Of a DNA stretch of 64,000 bases, positions 9,029 through 21,500 are shown piece after piece. The notes below the pieces were generated by a model. The model did no database searches and was not told where the DNA came from. It saw only the letters and a program-made list of their open reading frames with translations. Position numbers and translations under genes: made by a program. The DNA lies in NCBI GenBank assembly GCA_963764165.1, contig CAVXRD010000001.1:1649649-1713648 (forward strand). The letters are read 5' to 3'. The DNA comes from an uncultured Verrucomicrobiae bacterium (GTDB lineage Bacteria; Verrucomicrobiota; Verrucomicrobiia; Limisphaerales; Palsa-1400). Numbering within the stretch: the stretch's first letter is position 1; each line of letters starts with the position of its first letter.

Positions 9029-10567
9029 CTAGGAAATTTTCTTCGGAACCGTTTTCTTCGGCGACAGTTCCGTTGGCAGCGGCCAGCTATGCCCGCAATC
9101 CATCAAGCCCTGCGCCGCCTCCGGCCCCCATGAACCTGCGGCGTAATTCGGAAAATCGCCCGGCGGCGCGGCCGACCACACGTCGATGAGCGGCATCAGA
9201 ATCTGCCATGCCGCCTCGACTTGATCGTTCCGCATGAACAGCAGCGGGTCGTTTTTCATGATATCCCACAGCAGCGTCTCGTAGGCGTCCGGCGATTTTG
9301 TCTCGAAGGCGTCCTGGTAATTGAACTTCATCTCGACCGAGCGCAAATGCATTTTCGGGCCGGGATGCTTCGCCTGAAATCGCAGGACGATGCCCTCATC
9401 CGGCTGGATGGAAATTGTCAGGCGCGAGGGCTGCCAGTCAAGCGTGCATTCGGTGGGAAAAGCCTGGTGCGGAACGCCGCGAAATTGAATGGTGATCTCC
9501 GAAGCCTGCCGCGCGAGGCGTTTGCCGGTGCGCAAATAAAACGGCACCTCCTGCCAGCGCCAATTATCGATGAAAAGTTTCAGAGCGACAAATGTCTCGG
9601 TTTGCGAATCCGGCGCGACGCCCTCTTCCTGCCGATAGCCGGGAACTTTTTTGCCATCGGTCACCCCGGGGCCGTATTGTCCGCGCACGGCCGAGCCGTG
9701 GACGGATTCAGCGGTCAGCGGGCGCACGGCGTGCAGGACATCCACCTTTTTGTTGCGGATTTCGTCGGCGGTGAAGGAAATCATCGGTTCCATCGCAACG
9801 AGGCACATCAATTGCATCAAGTGATTTTGCACCATGTCTCGCAGTGCGCCCGCGTGCTCGTAATAGCCCCCGCGATGCTCCACGCCGACCGTTTCCGCGG
9901 CGGTGATCGTCACGTATTCCACGTAGCGCCGGTTCCAAATCGGCTCGAACAGCGGATTGGCAAAGCGAAAGGCGAGAATGTTCTGCACCGTTTCTTTGCC
10001 AAGATAATGGTCAATGCGAAAAATCTGTTTTTCGTCGAAATTCCGGCCAAGCGTTTCATTCAATTTCTTCGCCGACTCAAGGTCATAGCCAATCGGCTTT
10101 TCGCAGACAATGCGCGAAGTTTCCAATCCCTTCGAAAGCCCTGCTTTGCCGAGAAAATTTGGAATTTCACCAAACATGCTCGGGGGCGTTGCCATATAGA
10201 AAATCCGATGCGTCTCCGCGCCCCATTCTTTTTCAAATTTGTCGCATTGCGCCCCAAGCGCGGTATAAGTCGGAAGCTTGGTAAAATCGCCCTGCATGTA
10301 AAAAATATGCTCGGCGAATTGGTTCCACGCTTTCCCTGCTTTCGAGCCGGTGCGCGAGAATTTTTTCACGCCTTCGTGCAGGCGCTGCCGCAATTTTTGG
10401 TCGCTCATGCTCGCGCGATCGACGGCGAGGATGGCGAACTTCTCGGGCATGCTGCGATCCTGCGCGAGGTCGAACAGAGCGGGGCCCAATTTCCTCCAGG
10501 TCAAATCGCCTCCGCCGCCGAAAATGACAAAAATGGTGGGAGCGGGTTGATCGCTGGATTTATTCAT
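9029..10567 (-). CDS. zwf: Glucose-6-phosphate 1-dehydrogenase
   Basis: [33 protein letters not shown]. Confidence 0.97.
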   Translation of the reverse strand: MNKSSDQPAPTIFVIFGGGGDLTWRKLGPALFDLAQDRSMPEKFAILAVDRASMSDQKLRQRLHEGVKKFSRTGSKAGKAWNQFAEHIFYMQGDFTKLPTYTALGAQCDKFEKEWGAETHRIFYMATPPSMFGEIPNFLGKAGLSKGLETSRIVCEKPIGYDLESAKKLNETLGRNFDEKQIFRIDHYLGKETVQNILAFRFANPLFEPIWNRRYVEYVTITAAETVGVEHRGGYYEHAGALRDMVQNHLMQLMCLVAMEPMISFTADEIRNKKVDVLHAVRPLTAESVHGSAVRGQYGPGVTDGKKVPGYRQEEGVAPDSQTETFVALKLFIDNWRWQEVPFYLRTGKRLARQASEITIQFRGVPHQAFPTECTLDWQPSRLTISIQPDEGIVLRFQAKHPGPKMHLRSVEMKFNYQDAFETKSPDAYETLLWDIMKNDPLLFMRNDQVEAAWQILMPLIDVWSAAPPGDFPNYAAGSWGPEAAQGLMDCGHSWPLPTELSPKKTVPKKIS

Positions 10568-10570
10568 GGG

Positions 10571-12232
10571 TCATCGTTTCTGCCCGCCGGCCAGCGCATC
10601 GCTGACAATGGTTTGGGCTTCTCCCAAAATCTGGCGCAAATGTTCCGCGCTGCGGAAACTCTCGGCGTAAATTTTGTAAATATTTTCCGTGCCGGAAGGG
10701 CGGGCGGCGAACCATCCGTTTTGCGTGGACACTTTCAAGCCGCCGATGGCTGCGCCGTTGCCGGGGGCGGTCGTCAGCACGTTTTCGATTTTCTCGCCGG
10801 CCAATTCCTGGCTCTTGACCTGCTCGGGCGAAAGTTTTGAGAGGAGTGTCTTTTGCTCTGGAGTGGCCGAAGCTTCGACTCGATCGTAAAACGGTTCGCC
10901 GAATTCGCCCGTTAGCGTCTTGTAAATTTGGCCGGGATCCGCGCCAAGCTTCGATGTAATTTCCGCCGCGAGAAGGCATGGAATCAGGCCATCTTTGTCC
11001 GTCGTCCACGCGCCGCCCTTGCGCCGGATGAAGGTCGCGCCCGCGCTTTCCTCTCCCGCAAATCCGAGCGTTCCACCGATGAGTCCTTCGACGAACCACT
11101 TGAAACCGACCGGAAATTCAATGAGCTTGCGATTCAATTTCTTGGCGATGCGGTCGATCATCCCACTGCTCACCAGCGTCTTGCCAACGCCGACAGACAC
11201 AGACCACTCCGGTCGGTTTTGGAAAAGATAAAATATGGCCACCGCCAGATAATGATTTGTCGGCATCAATCCGACGCTCTTGGTTACGATGCCATGGCGG
11301 TCGTGGTCGGTGTCGCACCCGAAAGCGAGATCGAAGCGATCCTTCATGCCGATCAACCGGCGCATGGCATACGAGGACGAAGGATCCATGCGAATCTGTC
11401 CGTCCCAATCGAGCGTCATGAAACGGAATGTCGGATCCACTTCCTCGCTCACCACTGTCAAATTCAAACCATATTTCTCCGCGATGCGCCTCCAGTAACG
11501 AACACCCGCCCCGCCCAGCGGGTCAGCGCCCAGATTCAATTTCGATCCGCGCACCGCATCCAGGTCGACCACCGCCGCGAGATCGGAAATGTAGGCCGTT
11601 GCATAATCGTGGCGATGGGTGGTCGGAGCCTTCAAAGCGCGAGCCAATGGAATTCGCTTGATGCTGTCAAACGAACTTTCAAGAATTTCGTTGGCGCGCT
11701 TTTCGATCCACCCTGTCGCCGTTGAAGCGGCCGGGCCGCCATCGGTGCCGTTGTACTTGAATCCGCCGTCCTGCGGCGGATTGTGCGATGGCGTGATGAC
11801 AATGCCATCCGCCAATCCATCTTTGCGCCCGGCGTTGTAAGTGAGGATTGCGTGCGAAACCGCAGGCGTTGGTGTGTATTCGCCTTCCTCGGCGATCATC
11901 ACATTGACACCATTGGCGGCCAGGACTTCCAGAGCGGTGGCCGCCGCCGGGATCGAAAGCGGGTGGGTGTCGATTCCCAAAAACAACGGACCGTTCGTGC
12001 CCTGCTGGCTGCGATACTGGCAGATGGCCTGCGTGATGGCCAAAATGTGATTTTCGTTGAACGAGGTGTTCAGCGAAGTGCCGCGATGGCCGGAGGTGCC
12101 GAAGGCTACGCGCTGCGCGCGCACGCCCAGGTCTGGCGCGTCTGTATAATATGCGGTGACGAGCTTGGAAACGTTGACCAACATTCCCGGCTCCGGCAAT
12201 TTCCCTGCAAGAGGACTTATATTTGAACTCAT
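10571..12232 (-). CDS. pgm: Phosphoglucomutase (alpha-D-glucose-1,6-bisphosphate dependent)
   Basis: FGTSGHRG, TPSHNPP, DTDHDRH, GEESAG, RPSGTE. Confidence 0.97.
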   Translation of the reverse strand: MSSNISPLAGKLPEPGMLVNVSKLVTAYYTDAPDLGVRAQRVAFGTSGHRGTSLNTSFNENHILAITQAICQYRSQQGTNGPLFLGIDTHPLSIPAAATALEVLAANGVNVMIAEEGEYTPTPAVSHAILTYNAGRKDGLADGIVITPSHNPPQDGGFKYNGTDGGPAASTATGWIEKRANEILESSFDSIKRIPLARALKAPTTHRHDYATAYISDLAAVVDLDAVRGSKLNLGADPLGGAGVRYWRRIAEKYGLNLTVVSEEVDPTFRFMTLDWDGQIRMDPSSSYAMRRLIGMKDRFDLAFGCDTDHDRHGIVTKSVGLMPTNHYLAVAIFYLFQNRPEWSVSVGVGKTLVSSGMIDRIAKKLNRKLIEFPVGFKWFVEGLIGGTLGFAGEESAGATFIRRKGGAWTTDKDGLIPCLLAAEITSKLGADPGQIYKTLTGEFGEPFYDRVEASATPEQKTLLSKLSPEQVKSQELAGEKIENVLTTAPGNGAAIGGLKVSTQNGWFAARPSGTENIYKIYAESFRSAEHLRQILGEAQTIVSDALAGGQKR

Positions 12233-12317
12233 TCCACCCTTACGCTGCGCGAAACACTATGCGCGGGAGGCTTCTCCCCGGCACATAGGGTGTTCGCCTA
12301 ATTACTGTTCGACCAGT

Positions 12318-12387
12318 CGGTAGGGCCAGGCTCCTGCCGAGCCGTCCGCCGCGCGGAAGATGGCTCGGCAGAAGCCGGGCCCTACCG
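12318..12387. repeat. GTAG-type REP doublet between xfp and pgm
   Basis: cggtagggccaggctcctgccgagccgtc ... gatggctcggcagaagccgggccctaccg. Confidence 0.85.
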
Positions 12388-12417
12388 CAACTCGGCCTTC
12401 CTAGATCCATCGTCAAA

Positions 12418-14853
12418 TTAAGTTGACTGGCCCGCTGAGGATTCCGCGACCGAGGATTTATTGCGAGATTTTTTTGAAACATCAGCGGCGGGCGTCGACC
12501 ATTTCCAATTGCGAATCTCCGGCAAATCCTGGCCGTTCGTCTGGATGTAATGGCGATGCTCGGTCAATTTATCCCTAAGCATTTGCTTGAGGTAAACGCC
12601 CTTGTCGCCCGTTCGCGGAACGCGATCAACGACATCCATCACGAGATGGAATCGATCCAATTCGTTCAGCACCGTCATGTCGAATGGGGTTGTAATGGTG
12701 CCCTCTTCCTTGTAGCCACGAACATGGATGTTGTGGTGGTTGGTGCGGCGATAGGTCAGGCGATGAATCAACCAGGGATAAGCGTGAAACGCAAATATCA
12801 CCGGTTTGTCCTTTGTGAAATAGGCGTCGAAATCCATATCGGTCAGCCCATGCGGATGTTCCGACTTCGGCTGCAGTTTCATCAAGTCAACCACATTGAC
12901 CACGCGAATTTTCAATTTCGGCAGATGCTCGCGCAAAATCGAAACCGCGCCCAGCGTCTCCAACGTTGGCACATCGCCGCAGCAGGCCATGACGACATCT
13001 GGCGAAGTTTCCTGGTCGTTGCTGGCCCAGCTCCAGATGCCAATGCCTTCCGTGCAATGTTTGACAGCGGCATCCATCGTGAGCCACTGCGGCGCGGGAT
13101 GCTTGCCGGCGACGACCACGTTGACGTAGTGCCGGCTGCGCAAGCAGTGATCCATAACCGAAAGCAGGCAGTTGGCGTCGGGAGGGAGATAAACGCGCAC
13201 CACTTCCGCCTTTTTATTGACAACGTGATCGAGAAAACCGGGGTCTTGATGCGTGAAGCCGTTATGGTCCTGCCGCCAGACGTGCGAGGCCAGCAGGTAA
13301 TTCAGCGAAGCAATGCGCCGCCGCCACGGAAGCCCCGCTGTCACCTTCAACCATTTGGCGTGCTGGTTGAACATGGAATCCACAATGTGAATGAAGGCCT
13401 CGTAGCAATTGAACAAACCGTGCCGGCCGGTCAGAAGATAGCCTTCAAGCCAGCCTTCGCATTGATGCTCGCTCAAGACTTCCATGACGCGTCCCGCGCG
13501 CGCCAGCGCTTCGTCGCCGGGCACAGTCGAGCCTTCCCATTGCCGGGAGGTCACTTCAAATATTTTGCCGAGGCCGTTGGAAATGGTTTCGTCCGGGCCG
13601 AACAGCCGGAAATTTTTCTGCTCCATGTTGAATTTCGCAACATCGCGGACAAACGGCGCAAGGACGCGCGTATCGCCAATGCCCGTGATGCCGGGGGCAG
13701 AAACTTCCACTGCGTAATTGCGAAATTCCGGCATGCGCAGGTCCCGCAGCAAAATCCCTCCGTTGGCGTGCGGATTTGAGCCCATGCGGCGCTCGCCTTT
13801 CGGAGCGAGTTCGGCTAATTCGGATCTCAAGCGGCCCTGGTCGTCGAAAAATTCCTCCGGGCGGTAACTGCGCAGCCAGTCTTCCAGCAATTTCAAGTGG
13901 CCGGGATGCGTGACCGGATCGGCCAGCGGCACTTGGTGCGAACGAAACGTCCCTTCAATTTGCAGCCCGTCAACAACCTTCGGGCCGGTCCAGCCCTTGG
14001 GCGAATTTAAGATAATCATCGGCCAGCGCGGACGCTCGGTGTTGCCGTTTTCACGGGCGGCTTTCTGGATTTCCTTGATTTTCTCCACAGCGGAATCGAG
14101 CGCAGCCGCCATCGCCGCGTGCATTTTTTCCGGCTCGTGGCCTTCGACAAAAATCGGCACCCAGCCGCAGCCGCGAAAGAATTGCTCCAATTCCTCGCGC
14201 GTGATGCGCGCAAAAATCGTCGGATTGGCGATCTTGTAGCCGTTGAGATGAAGAATCGGCAGCACCGCGCCGTCGTTGGCGGGATCGAGAAATTTATTCG
14301 AGTGCCAGGCGGTGGCGAGCGGGCCGGTCTCCGCCTCGCCGTCGCCGACGACGCAGGCTACCATCAAGCCGGGATTGTCAAATACTGCGCCGAAGGAATG
14401 GCTCAATGAATATCCAAGCTCCCCGCCTTCGTGAATTGATCCCGGCGTCTCCGGGGAAGCGTGGCTGGGAATGCCGCCGGGAAAGGAAAATTGCAGGAAC
14501 AGTTTGCGCAACCCCTCTTCATCCTGGCTGATGTTGGGATAAATTTCGCTGTAAGTGCCCTCAAGATAAGTGTGGCTCACCACCGCCGGACCGCCATGGC
14601 CGGGGCCGGAAACGTAAATCATGTCCAAATCATATTTCTTGATGATACGGTTCAAGTGCGTGTAAATGAAATTCTGGCCCGGCGTCGTCCCCCAATGGCC
14701 CAGCAGCATGTGTTTGACGTCGCCGTTCTGCAGCGGCCGCTTGAGAAGCGGGTTGTCATAAAGGAAAATTTGCCCGACGGACAAATAATTGGAGGCGCGC
14801 CAATACGCGTCCATTTTTTGAAGCAGTTCCGGTTGTAGTGTGTTTGTTTCCAT
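12418..14853 (-). CDS. xfp: Phosphoketolase (xylulose-5-P/fructose-6-P)
   Basis: [47 protein letters not shown]. Start taken at ATG 14853. Confidence 0.97.
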   Translation of the reverse strand: METNTLQPELLQKMDAYWRASNYLSVGQIFLYDNPLLKRPLQNGDVKHMLLGHWGTTPGQNFIYTHLNRIIKKYDLDMIYVSGPGHGGPAVVSHTYLEGTYSEIYPNISQDEEGLRKLFLQFSFPGGIPSHASPETPGSIHEGGELGYSLSHSFGAVFDNPGLMVACVVGDGEAETGPLATAWHSNKFLDPANDGAVLPILHLNGYKIANPTIFARITREELEQFFRGCGWVPIFVEGHEPEKMHAAMAAALDSAVEKIKEIQKAARENGNTERPRWPMIILNSPKGWTGPKVVDGLQIEGTFRSHQVPLADPVTHPGHLKLLEDWLRSYRPEEFFDDQGRLRSELAELAPKGERRMGSNPHANGGILLRDLRMPEFRNYAVEVSAPGITGIGDTRVLAPFVRDVAKFNMEQKNFRLFGPDETISNGLGKIFEVTSRQWEGSTVPGDEALARAGRVMEVLSEHQCEGWLEGYLLTGRHGLFNCYEAFIHIVDSMFNQHAKWLKVTAGLPWRRRIASLNYLLASHVWRQDHNGFTHQDPGFLDHVVNKKAEVVRVYLPPDANCLLSVMDHCLRSRHYVNVVVAGKHPAPQWLTMDAAVKHCTEGIGIWSWASNDQETSPDVVMACCGDVPTLETLGAVSILREHLPKLKIRVVNVVDLMKLQPKSEHPHGLTDMDFDAYFTKDKPVIFAFHAYPWLIHRLTYRRTNHHNIHVRGYKEEGTITTPFDMTVLNELDRFHLVMDVVDRVPRTGDKGVYLKQMLRDKLTEHRHYIQTNGQDLPEIRNWKWSTPAADVSKKSRNKSSVAESSAGQST

Positions 14854-14867
14854 AAGTCTCAATTTCA

Positions 14868-16070
14868 CTATTTGCCCGAGCCCGATTCGAGCAAACGCTG
14901 CACCGCGCGGGCGATTACAATTTCTTCGTCGGTGCGAATCACGCGGACGGCGACCTTTGCCTTTTCCGCGGAAATAACAGGGGCGCTCCTTTTATTTTTG
15001 GATTGATCCAATTTTACGCCGAGAAATTCCAAGCCTTCGCAAATCTGCCGGCGGGCGGCCGGGCTGTTTTCGCCGATGCCTCCAGCGAACACGAGCGTGT
15101 CCACCCCTCCAAGCGCGGCCGCGAACGACCCGATCCACTTTTTCGCCTGATAACAAAACAGCTCGATCGCTTCCGCCGCTCGGATATCTTTGGCTTCCGC
15201 CGCTTCCAAATCGCGCATGTCCGAACTCGTCCCGGAAATTCCGAGAAGGCCCGATTTATGATTGACCATCTCGTAGAATTGATGGGGCGACATTTTCTGC
15301 GTGCGGGCAAGAAACGCAGCCAGACCGGGATCGAGATCGCCGGAACGCGTGCTCATCACCAGTCCAGCCGTCGGCGTAAAACCCATGCTGGTGTCGATGC
15401 TCTTGCCGTTCCGCACCGCCGCCATGCTCGCGCCATTGCCCAGGTGCGCAAGGATGACACGTCCCTTTTTCGCCGCCGGATCCTTTAAGCGGACAAGCTC
15501 GGACATCAAGTAAGTGTAAGAAAGTCCGTGAAAACCATAGCGCTGGATTCCCTCCTTATCAAAACGCCGCGGCAGCGGAAGCAGTTTCGCCACCCGCGGC
15601 ATTGTCCGGTGAAAAGCGGTATCGAAACATGCGACTTGCCGAACTGTGGGACGCCGTTCGCGGAAGGCCTCCATCAATTCTAACTCGCGAGGCAGATGTT
15701 CGGGATCGTTCGGGCTAATGCGCCGAAGATCGCCCAGCAACTTGTCAGTCACCAGCTCAGGCTCGGTGTGTTGCATGCCGTGGACGACACGATGGCCGAC
15801 GCCGCGCACCGTTTCAAGAGCGTTTTCTTTTTCAAGCCAATCGATGAGCGCCATCGCGCCAGCCTTGTTGGACGATGCGGTCATCGGCTGCGTTTTCGGC
15901 TTTCCTCCGCCCGGCGTTGTAAACGACATTTGCGTGCCGCTGAGGCCGATGCGGTCAATTTTCCCATGCAGGGCGCGCGCGAGCTCCCGCCCTTGCTCCT
16001 CGAACAAAGCGAACTTGATGCTCGAGGAGCCGCCGTTGAGGGTCAAAATGCTGCCGCGCGCCGGTGTCAT
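14868..16070 (-). CDS. ackA: Acetate/propionate kinase
   Basis: [44 protein letters not shown]. Confidence 0.96.
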   Translation of the reverse strand: MTPARGSILTLNGGSSSIKFALFEEQGRELARALHGKIDRIGLSGTQMSFTTPGGGKPKTQPMTASSNKAGAMALIDWLEKENALETVRGVGHRVVHGMQHTEPELVTDKLLGDLRRISPNDPEHLPRELELMEAFRERRPTVRQVACFDTAFHRTMPRVAKLLPLPRRFDKEGIQRYGFHGLSYTYLMSELVRLKDPAAKKGRVILAHLGNGASMAAVRNGKSIDTSMGFTPTAGLVMSTRSGDLDPGLAAFLARTQKMSPHQFYEMVNHKSGLLGISGTSSDMRDLEAAEAKDIRAAEAIELFCYQAKKWIGSFAAALGGVDTLVFAGGIGENSPAARRQICEGLEFLGVKLDQSKNKRSAPVISAEKAKVAVRVIRTDEEIVIARAVQRLLESGSGK

Positions 16071-16103
16071 GCAATCCCAAGCGCGACTATGCCGGCGATG
16101 AAA

Positions 16104-16880
16104 TCAGGGGCGTTCCTGGCTGATCGTAAGTTCATCGACCCAATAACCTTCAAGATTATAATGCCGATGAAGCTCTGTTTCATAGTCACGAGTAAGTAAA
16201 AATTCGTCGGTGTATTCCGGCGATTCCTGGATGGCCTCGCGTGACAAATTGGCGAAGACTTTGGATTCCGGCCAGCTTACCCGCTCAATCCAGCGCGGCG
16301 ACACGAGCACTTTCTTGCCCGGCAGCCAATTGCGCGTGTCCACCACGAGATAACGGATGGACCAATTGTCGTCATCAATTATAAAATCGCTGACATGGCC
16401 AATTTCCCCGTCGACCGCCTGCACATGGTAGCCGGAAACATCCGCCGTGCTGCGAAGATGATGATCCCACGCCTTGGCCTGCGCCTTTTCGGCGGGTTCC
16501 TTTGCTTGGTCAAACTCGCGCATCAGGTACGGGTTGACGCCCCAAGTGTATGGCCCGGACCAATACATCGGCCAGCCGTAATAGCCATAATACGCCTCTT
16601 CGAATTGCTGCGAAACGGGCTTGTCCGTGTAAAGCGACGGGCTTTCTTCGATTTGCTTCTTCGTCAAATTGACACTGATGTGTTTGTCGTCCTTGAGCAC
16701 GCTCAGTAGCGCATAGGGCGAAATCAAGACCTGCCGTTCCGCCAGCCACGTGCCGGTGTCGGCGACGAGGTAGCGAATGGTCCAGCGGCGGTCGTCAAAA
16801 TAAAATTCCTCCACCTTGCCGATGTCGCCGTCAATGGCTTCCAGTTTGAATCCTTTAATTGATTTAACTTTGCTTAACAT
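16104..16880 (-). CDS. Tandem PRC-barrel domain protein
   Basis: Two repeats of DG.IG.V..F..DD..W.IRYLV.DT..WL. Start taken at ATG 16880. Confidence 0.85.
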   Translation of the reverse strand: MLSKVKSIKGFKLEAIDGDIGKVEEFYFDDRRWTIRYLVADTGTWLAERQVLISPYALLSVLKDDKHISVNLTKKQIEESPSLYTDKPVSQQFEEAYYGYYGWPMYWSGPYTWGVNPYLMREFDQAKEPAEKAQAKAWDHHLRSTADVSGYHVQAVDGEIGHVSDFIIDDDNWSIRYLVVDTRNWLPGKKVLVSPRWIERVSWPESKVFANLSREAIQESPEYTDEFLLTRDYETELHRHYNLEGYWVDELTISQERP

Positions 16881-17191
16881 AAAATCTGCTCCTTTTCTTT
16901 TTGTCTCCCTGGTTCCCATCGAGTGTCGAAGGCGCCCTTGGCATCAATCCGCCCGCAACGGCGAGAGCCACCGTGATTCTCGCCCGCGAGCCGCCGATTG
17001 CAGGCCTCCGCAACATCCGCCATCGCGGAGGATTCGGATATACGGACAATACCCCACGCTCCGAACGACGGGGGTGTCAAATACTCGTCACACCGGGTTC
17101 CACCCTACTGGCCAAAGCGCCAAAGCGAAGCGAAGTTACCGCGACAAACAACCGAAACGGCGGCGCTGCGCTGCCACAAAAAGGAAACGTT

Positions 17192-17341
17192 ATGTTATAT
17201 ACATTGGCAGTTATTTTAATCGTGCTCTGGCTCCTTGGACTTGTGACGAGCTACACCCTTGGCGGATTCATTCACATTCTTTTGGTAGTTGCCGTCGTGA
17301 TGGTCCTGGTGGACTTGATCTCCGGCCGCCGCGCCGTATAG
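17192..17341 (+). CDS. lmo0937-family small membrane protein (49 aa)
   Basis: MLYTLAVILIVLWLLGLVTSYTLGGFIHILLVVAVVMVLVDLISGRRAV, with AAGGA upstream. Confidence 0.85.
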   Translation: MLYTLAVILIVLWLLGLVTSYTLGGFIHILLVVAVVMVLVDLISGRRAV

Positions 17342-17346
17342 GGAAA

Positions 17347-17444
17347 GGTAGGGACGCCTCGGTGAGGCGTCCGGGGACGTTCGCAAGTCCGAGCGCTTTC
17401 GAAAAACATCACGGAATCGGACGCCTCGGCGAGGCGTCCCTACC
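17347..17444. repeat. GTAG-type REP doublet (second family)
   Basis: ggtagggacgcctcggtgaggcgtccg ... cggacgcctcggcgaggcgtccctacc; each arm is itself a hairpin. Confidence 0.85.
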
Positions 17445-17524
17445 TCGCTTCGCGACCCGGAGCGGCGAACTGACGCATTGCGCTTTGACTTTTTGCCGGG
17501 CCGTGATGGAGACTATTCTCCGTC

Positions 17525-18172
17525 ATGGATAACGTCACAAAGTTCGGACTGCGCTCGGAATACACGCGGGGCGAACTGGATCTGGAGCATCTGAAGCCCG
17601 ATCCATTCGAGCAGTTCGCGCTTTGGTTTCAGGAGGCTTTGGAGGCCAAAGTTATTGAACCAAACGCGATGAGCATCGCCACAACAGGCGCCGACATGCG
17701 TCCCTCCGTCCGCACCGTCCTTCTGAAAAGCTATGACGAACGCGGGTTCGTTTTCTTCACCAATTTCGAGAGCCGCAAAGCGCGGCAAATGTCCGAAAAC
17801 CCGCAAGTTTGCGCTTTATTTCCGTGGCTGGCACTGGAGCGGCAGGTGATCGTTTCGGGCACAGTCACAAAGGTGAGCACCGCGGAGTCCCTCGCATATT
17901 TCCTAACGCGGCCGCGTGGAAGCCAGCTTGGCGCGTGGGTTTCCCCGCAGAGTTCCGTCATAACCACTCGATCCTTCCTCGAACAAAAATTGGAGGAAAT
18001 GAAGAGGAAATTTGGCGAAGGCGAGATCCCCCTGCCCTCATTCTGGGGCGGCTTCCGAATTATTCCGCGCGACATCGAGTTCTGGCAAGGACGCCGCAGC
18101 CGTTTGCATGATCGCTTTTTATACACGCGGCAGGAAGATCAATCATGGAAGATCGACCGGCTCGCGCCGTAA
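17525..18172 (+). CDS. pdxH: Pyridoxamine 5'-phosphate oxidase
   Basis: RTVLLK, FFTNFESRK, RPRGSQLGAW, EFWQGRRSRLHDR. Confidence 0.96.
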   Translation: MDNVTKFGLRSEYTRGELDLEHLKPDPFEQFALWFQEALEAKVIEPNAMSIATTGADMRPSVRTVLLKSYDERGFVFFTNFESRKARQMSENPQVCALFPWLALERQVIVSGTVTKVSTAESLAYFLTRPRGSQLGAWVSPQSSVITTRSFLEQKLEEMKRKFGEGEIPLPSFWGGFRIIPRDIEFWQGRRSRLHDRFLYTRQEDQSWKIDRLAP

Positions 18173-18198
18173 ATCCTAATTTGGTATCTCCGTGTCAG

Positions 18199-18513
18199 TT
18201 AATTCGACCTCGGAAAATATGCATCGATTTCAAACTTACTGCCTTCTGTGTCAAACAACTGGTCACCTTTCTCAATAATGGATGTCAACCGACGACGCAC
18301 CATTTCGAGAGCGAACGAAAGCGACTGCATTGAATCTTCTCCGCACATGTCATTCAACCGACCATCCAAACCATGCAACGCAACCGGAGTCCGCCAGAAG
18401 CCTTCCGGAGACCGGTAAGGCAGACCAATCTCTGCAACAATGGAAGCCCTGTCCCTGTTCGCTCGAATTCGAACTATTTCCATCTTAGCAATCGGAGGAG
18501 TGTCAGTTTTCAA
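18199..18513 (-). CDS. Hypothetical protein
   Basis: 104-aa ORF with TTG start filling the gap downstream of the large gene; GEDSMQSL motif; protein-like composition. Confidence 0.55.
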   Translation of the reverse strand: MKTDTPPIAKMEIVRIRANRDRASIVAEIGLPYRSPEGFWRTPVALHGLDGRLNDMCGEDSMQSLSFALEMVRRRLTSIIEKGDQLFDTEGSKFEIDAYFPRSN

Positions 18514-18543
18514 TAGAGCGTTCTATAATACATCCGCTTGTTT

Positions 18544-21500
18544 CTACCGGGATATTTTCTTCAATTCCTGGTCGAGGTTCTGGACTTTGAATCCGTCGGA
18601 CACAACTTTGTGCGAGGCGTCGGTCAGGATAAGCCAGGGCAATGATTTTGAATCCAGAATCCATTTCGTTGAATTCGTTTTTTCCGTGACCCTCCCGATC
18701 GGAAAGGAAACGGGGCTTTCCGCCCGCCATTGGTTAAAGATTTCCCCGCCAGTAATGACGGCTTGAACGCCAATCACAACTACGCCCTTGTCGCGCAATT
18801 GCAGCGATGGCTCGTTCAACTGCTTCATCATCTGGCGCGACGCTCGCTGGCCGGCGTCAAATAAACACAACAGCACAGGCAATCCAGCCGTCACGGTTTT
18901 CTCGGGCAAGTGAGCGTCCGCAAGGCTCGGCAAGGGTTTGCCAGCCAGGTGCGATTCGGGCAGCGAGTCGGTCAGGTCATTCCCGATCATTCCGCGCCTG
19001 CGGACGCCAACTTGCAGGACGACATTCGTTTCACCCGCCTCGGCCCCGCCCTGGGCGAAGCCTCCCTGCGGGCTGTTGGCAGTAAAATTGACCTGCCCTT
19101 CACAAACCTTGAAATGAAAGCATCCCTTGCTATCCGTGACCATGTAGGCGTCGACCTGCCCTTCGCCGCTTGCGTAAACGGAGGCTCCCGCCAGCGGCGC
19201 ATTTTTTTCGTCCACCACCCGCCCGGCGATCACGCGATTCGCGGTCTTGAGTTCCACCGCCCGCATTTCCAGATAATTCGTCCTGGTGGATGATTGAATT
19301 GACAACTGGCTCTTGCCGCGCCCGCTGGCCGAGATGATGATAGCATATTGCTGGCCGGGCGGGAGGCATTTGAGCCGGTACCTTCCGGCTGCATCCGTCT
19401 CAGCGGGTTGATCCTCCATTTTCGCAAAGGCATTGGCGGCTTTGACTTGAATATCGACTCGCGCGCCGGCCAGCGGCGCGCCGTCCTCACTCTTGACCAG
19501 CCCGGACACAATCATTGCAGGCTCCAACTGAAGGGACACGTTGGTGTCGGTCTCATGCAAATCCGCGACGCCGGCGGCGTTGCGGGCAGGATCGCGGGCA
19601 ATGGCCATCGGAAAATTGCCGTTCTGCAATTGCCACGGCTGGAGTGACCAGGTGAGTCGGGCCGCGCCGTTGGTTCCCGTTTTCTTCCAATGAGATTTCA
19701 ACGCGAAAGTCCCAGGGAATATTGCGGCCTGCGCGCCGGGAACCCGTTTCCCTTCCGCATCCATCACTGTGGCGAGGACGCGGTGCGATGGCCCGCCGCC
19801 AAACGTGCTTGTTTGTCCCACAACCAAAACGACGTTTGTATCCCCTGATTCCGCGGCAAGCTGGTTGTAGCCGCCTTGATCATTCACAAACAGGTGCACG
19901 GCTCCCTTGCAAACCGTGGCATGAAAGCGGCCCTGGCGATCAGTCCTCGCCTCCGTCTTGGGCTGATCAATGCCGTCGATGTGCACTTCCGCATCCGCGA
20001 CCGGTTTGTCGTCATCATCAAGCACCTGCCCGGCGATGAAACTGTCCGCCAGCTTCAGGTAAAGCGGGAATAATTCAACGTGGTTGGTGGAACTATCGGT
20101 CCGAATCGGCTGCTGGCTCTGGCCGTGGCCATCCGCGGAGGCGGTTACCATAAAGGTGGCTTCCGCAGGCATGCTCTTGAATTCGAAGCGGCCTTGGGCG
20201 TCACTTTTCACCGGCGCCACCGGCATTTCTGATTCGTGATTGCCAATCTTGGCGGCGACCGAAAGCGTCGCGCCGGGAAAGGCCGATTCATCCGGGTTTC
20301 GCACGAAACCTGTCAAAGATACGGCTGGCTTGAGGTGAATCTCGATGTTCGTCCGCTCGGCGTCGAACGGCAGGAAGGCGCCCAAATCCTGGGCGGCCGC
20401 GCGCGCGACCAGCATGGGGCCGCCGCCTTGCATGAGCCACGGTTGGATCGCCCACGTCAGCGCGAATGAACCGTCGCCGCGGGTGGTTTTCCACTGCGCC
20501 GGGCCGCTGGCGGGGAGAATCGCCACTTGCGCGCCCGCCACGGGTTTCCCGTCAGTATCCATAACGATGCCATTGAGGCGATGAGGCTTGGCGTTGCCCA
20601 GGTTCGACTCCGTGGCGCGCATGATGATATTGGTATCGCCCGCCTCGGCCGTCGCTTGGAATGACTTGCCCCCGCCTGAAGCGGTCGCAAAAATGCGCAC
20701 CTCCCCTTCGCAGACTTTGAATTCAAACCCGCCACTCTTGTCCGTCGTGACGTGGTCGTTCGGCTGGCCGTCTCCGCTGATGGAAACGCTGGCCGCCACG
20801 AGCGGTTTGTCGTCATCATCGAGCACTCGGCCTTTGATGATGCGATCCGCCACATTCAATATGAACGGGGGCAATTCCAACCGGTTTGTCTCCTGATTCG
20901 GCGCGATCTGCTGCTGGAACTCGCTGTAACCTTTGGCGCAAACGCCCAGCGTGAAACTTCCTTCGATGGGCAAGCCTTTGATTTCAAAACGGCCATTCCC
21001 GTCGACGCTCCCGTTGTCCGTGTCCCACGTTTCTGAGGAATTGCCGGCGCGCACGATCAAAGAATAAGCGCCGTTGGTCAGAGCCGTTTCATTTGTATTT
21101 TTGACAACACTCGAAACGGTCAACGCGGGGATCAGTTTTACTTCCATATTGGTAACGTCCGCATCCAACGGAGCGAGGGCGGCCAGATTATGGGAGGCAT
21201 CCCGGACAAAGAGCTGGGCGCCGGTGGCGCGCTGCCAAGGCTGCAGCGCCCAAATTCGGGTGAAAGCGCCCTCGGAGTCGGTCTTCGTCCAGTGGATGTT
21301 TCCCTTCGAAGGGAAAACCATCAATTCGGCCCCAGCCGCCGGTTTGCCATCTGGCATTTTGACGACGCCGGAAACTCTGTCGCTCCGACCGTTCCCCAAT
21401 CCAAGATAGATGATGATATTCGTTTCCCCCGCGGTGGCATCAACCGTTGAAGAAGTTCGTTCGGTGTTCGCATTCAATCGAACTTTGCCGTCGCAAACCT

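Noticed and set aside
9221..13779. Long plus-strand ORFs (539, 265 and 409 aa) opposite zwf, pgm and xfp
   Set aside because: Typical antisense open frames in GC-rich coding DNA.
16901..17191. 146-aa N-terminally extended version of the lmo0937 ORF, or a riboswitch in this gap
   Set aside because: The paralogue at 55575-55727 fixes the start at MLYT, and I recognise no riboswitch consensus.
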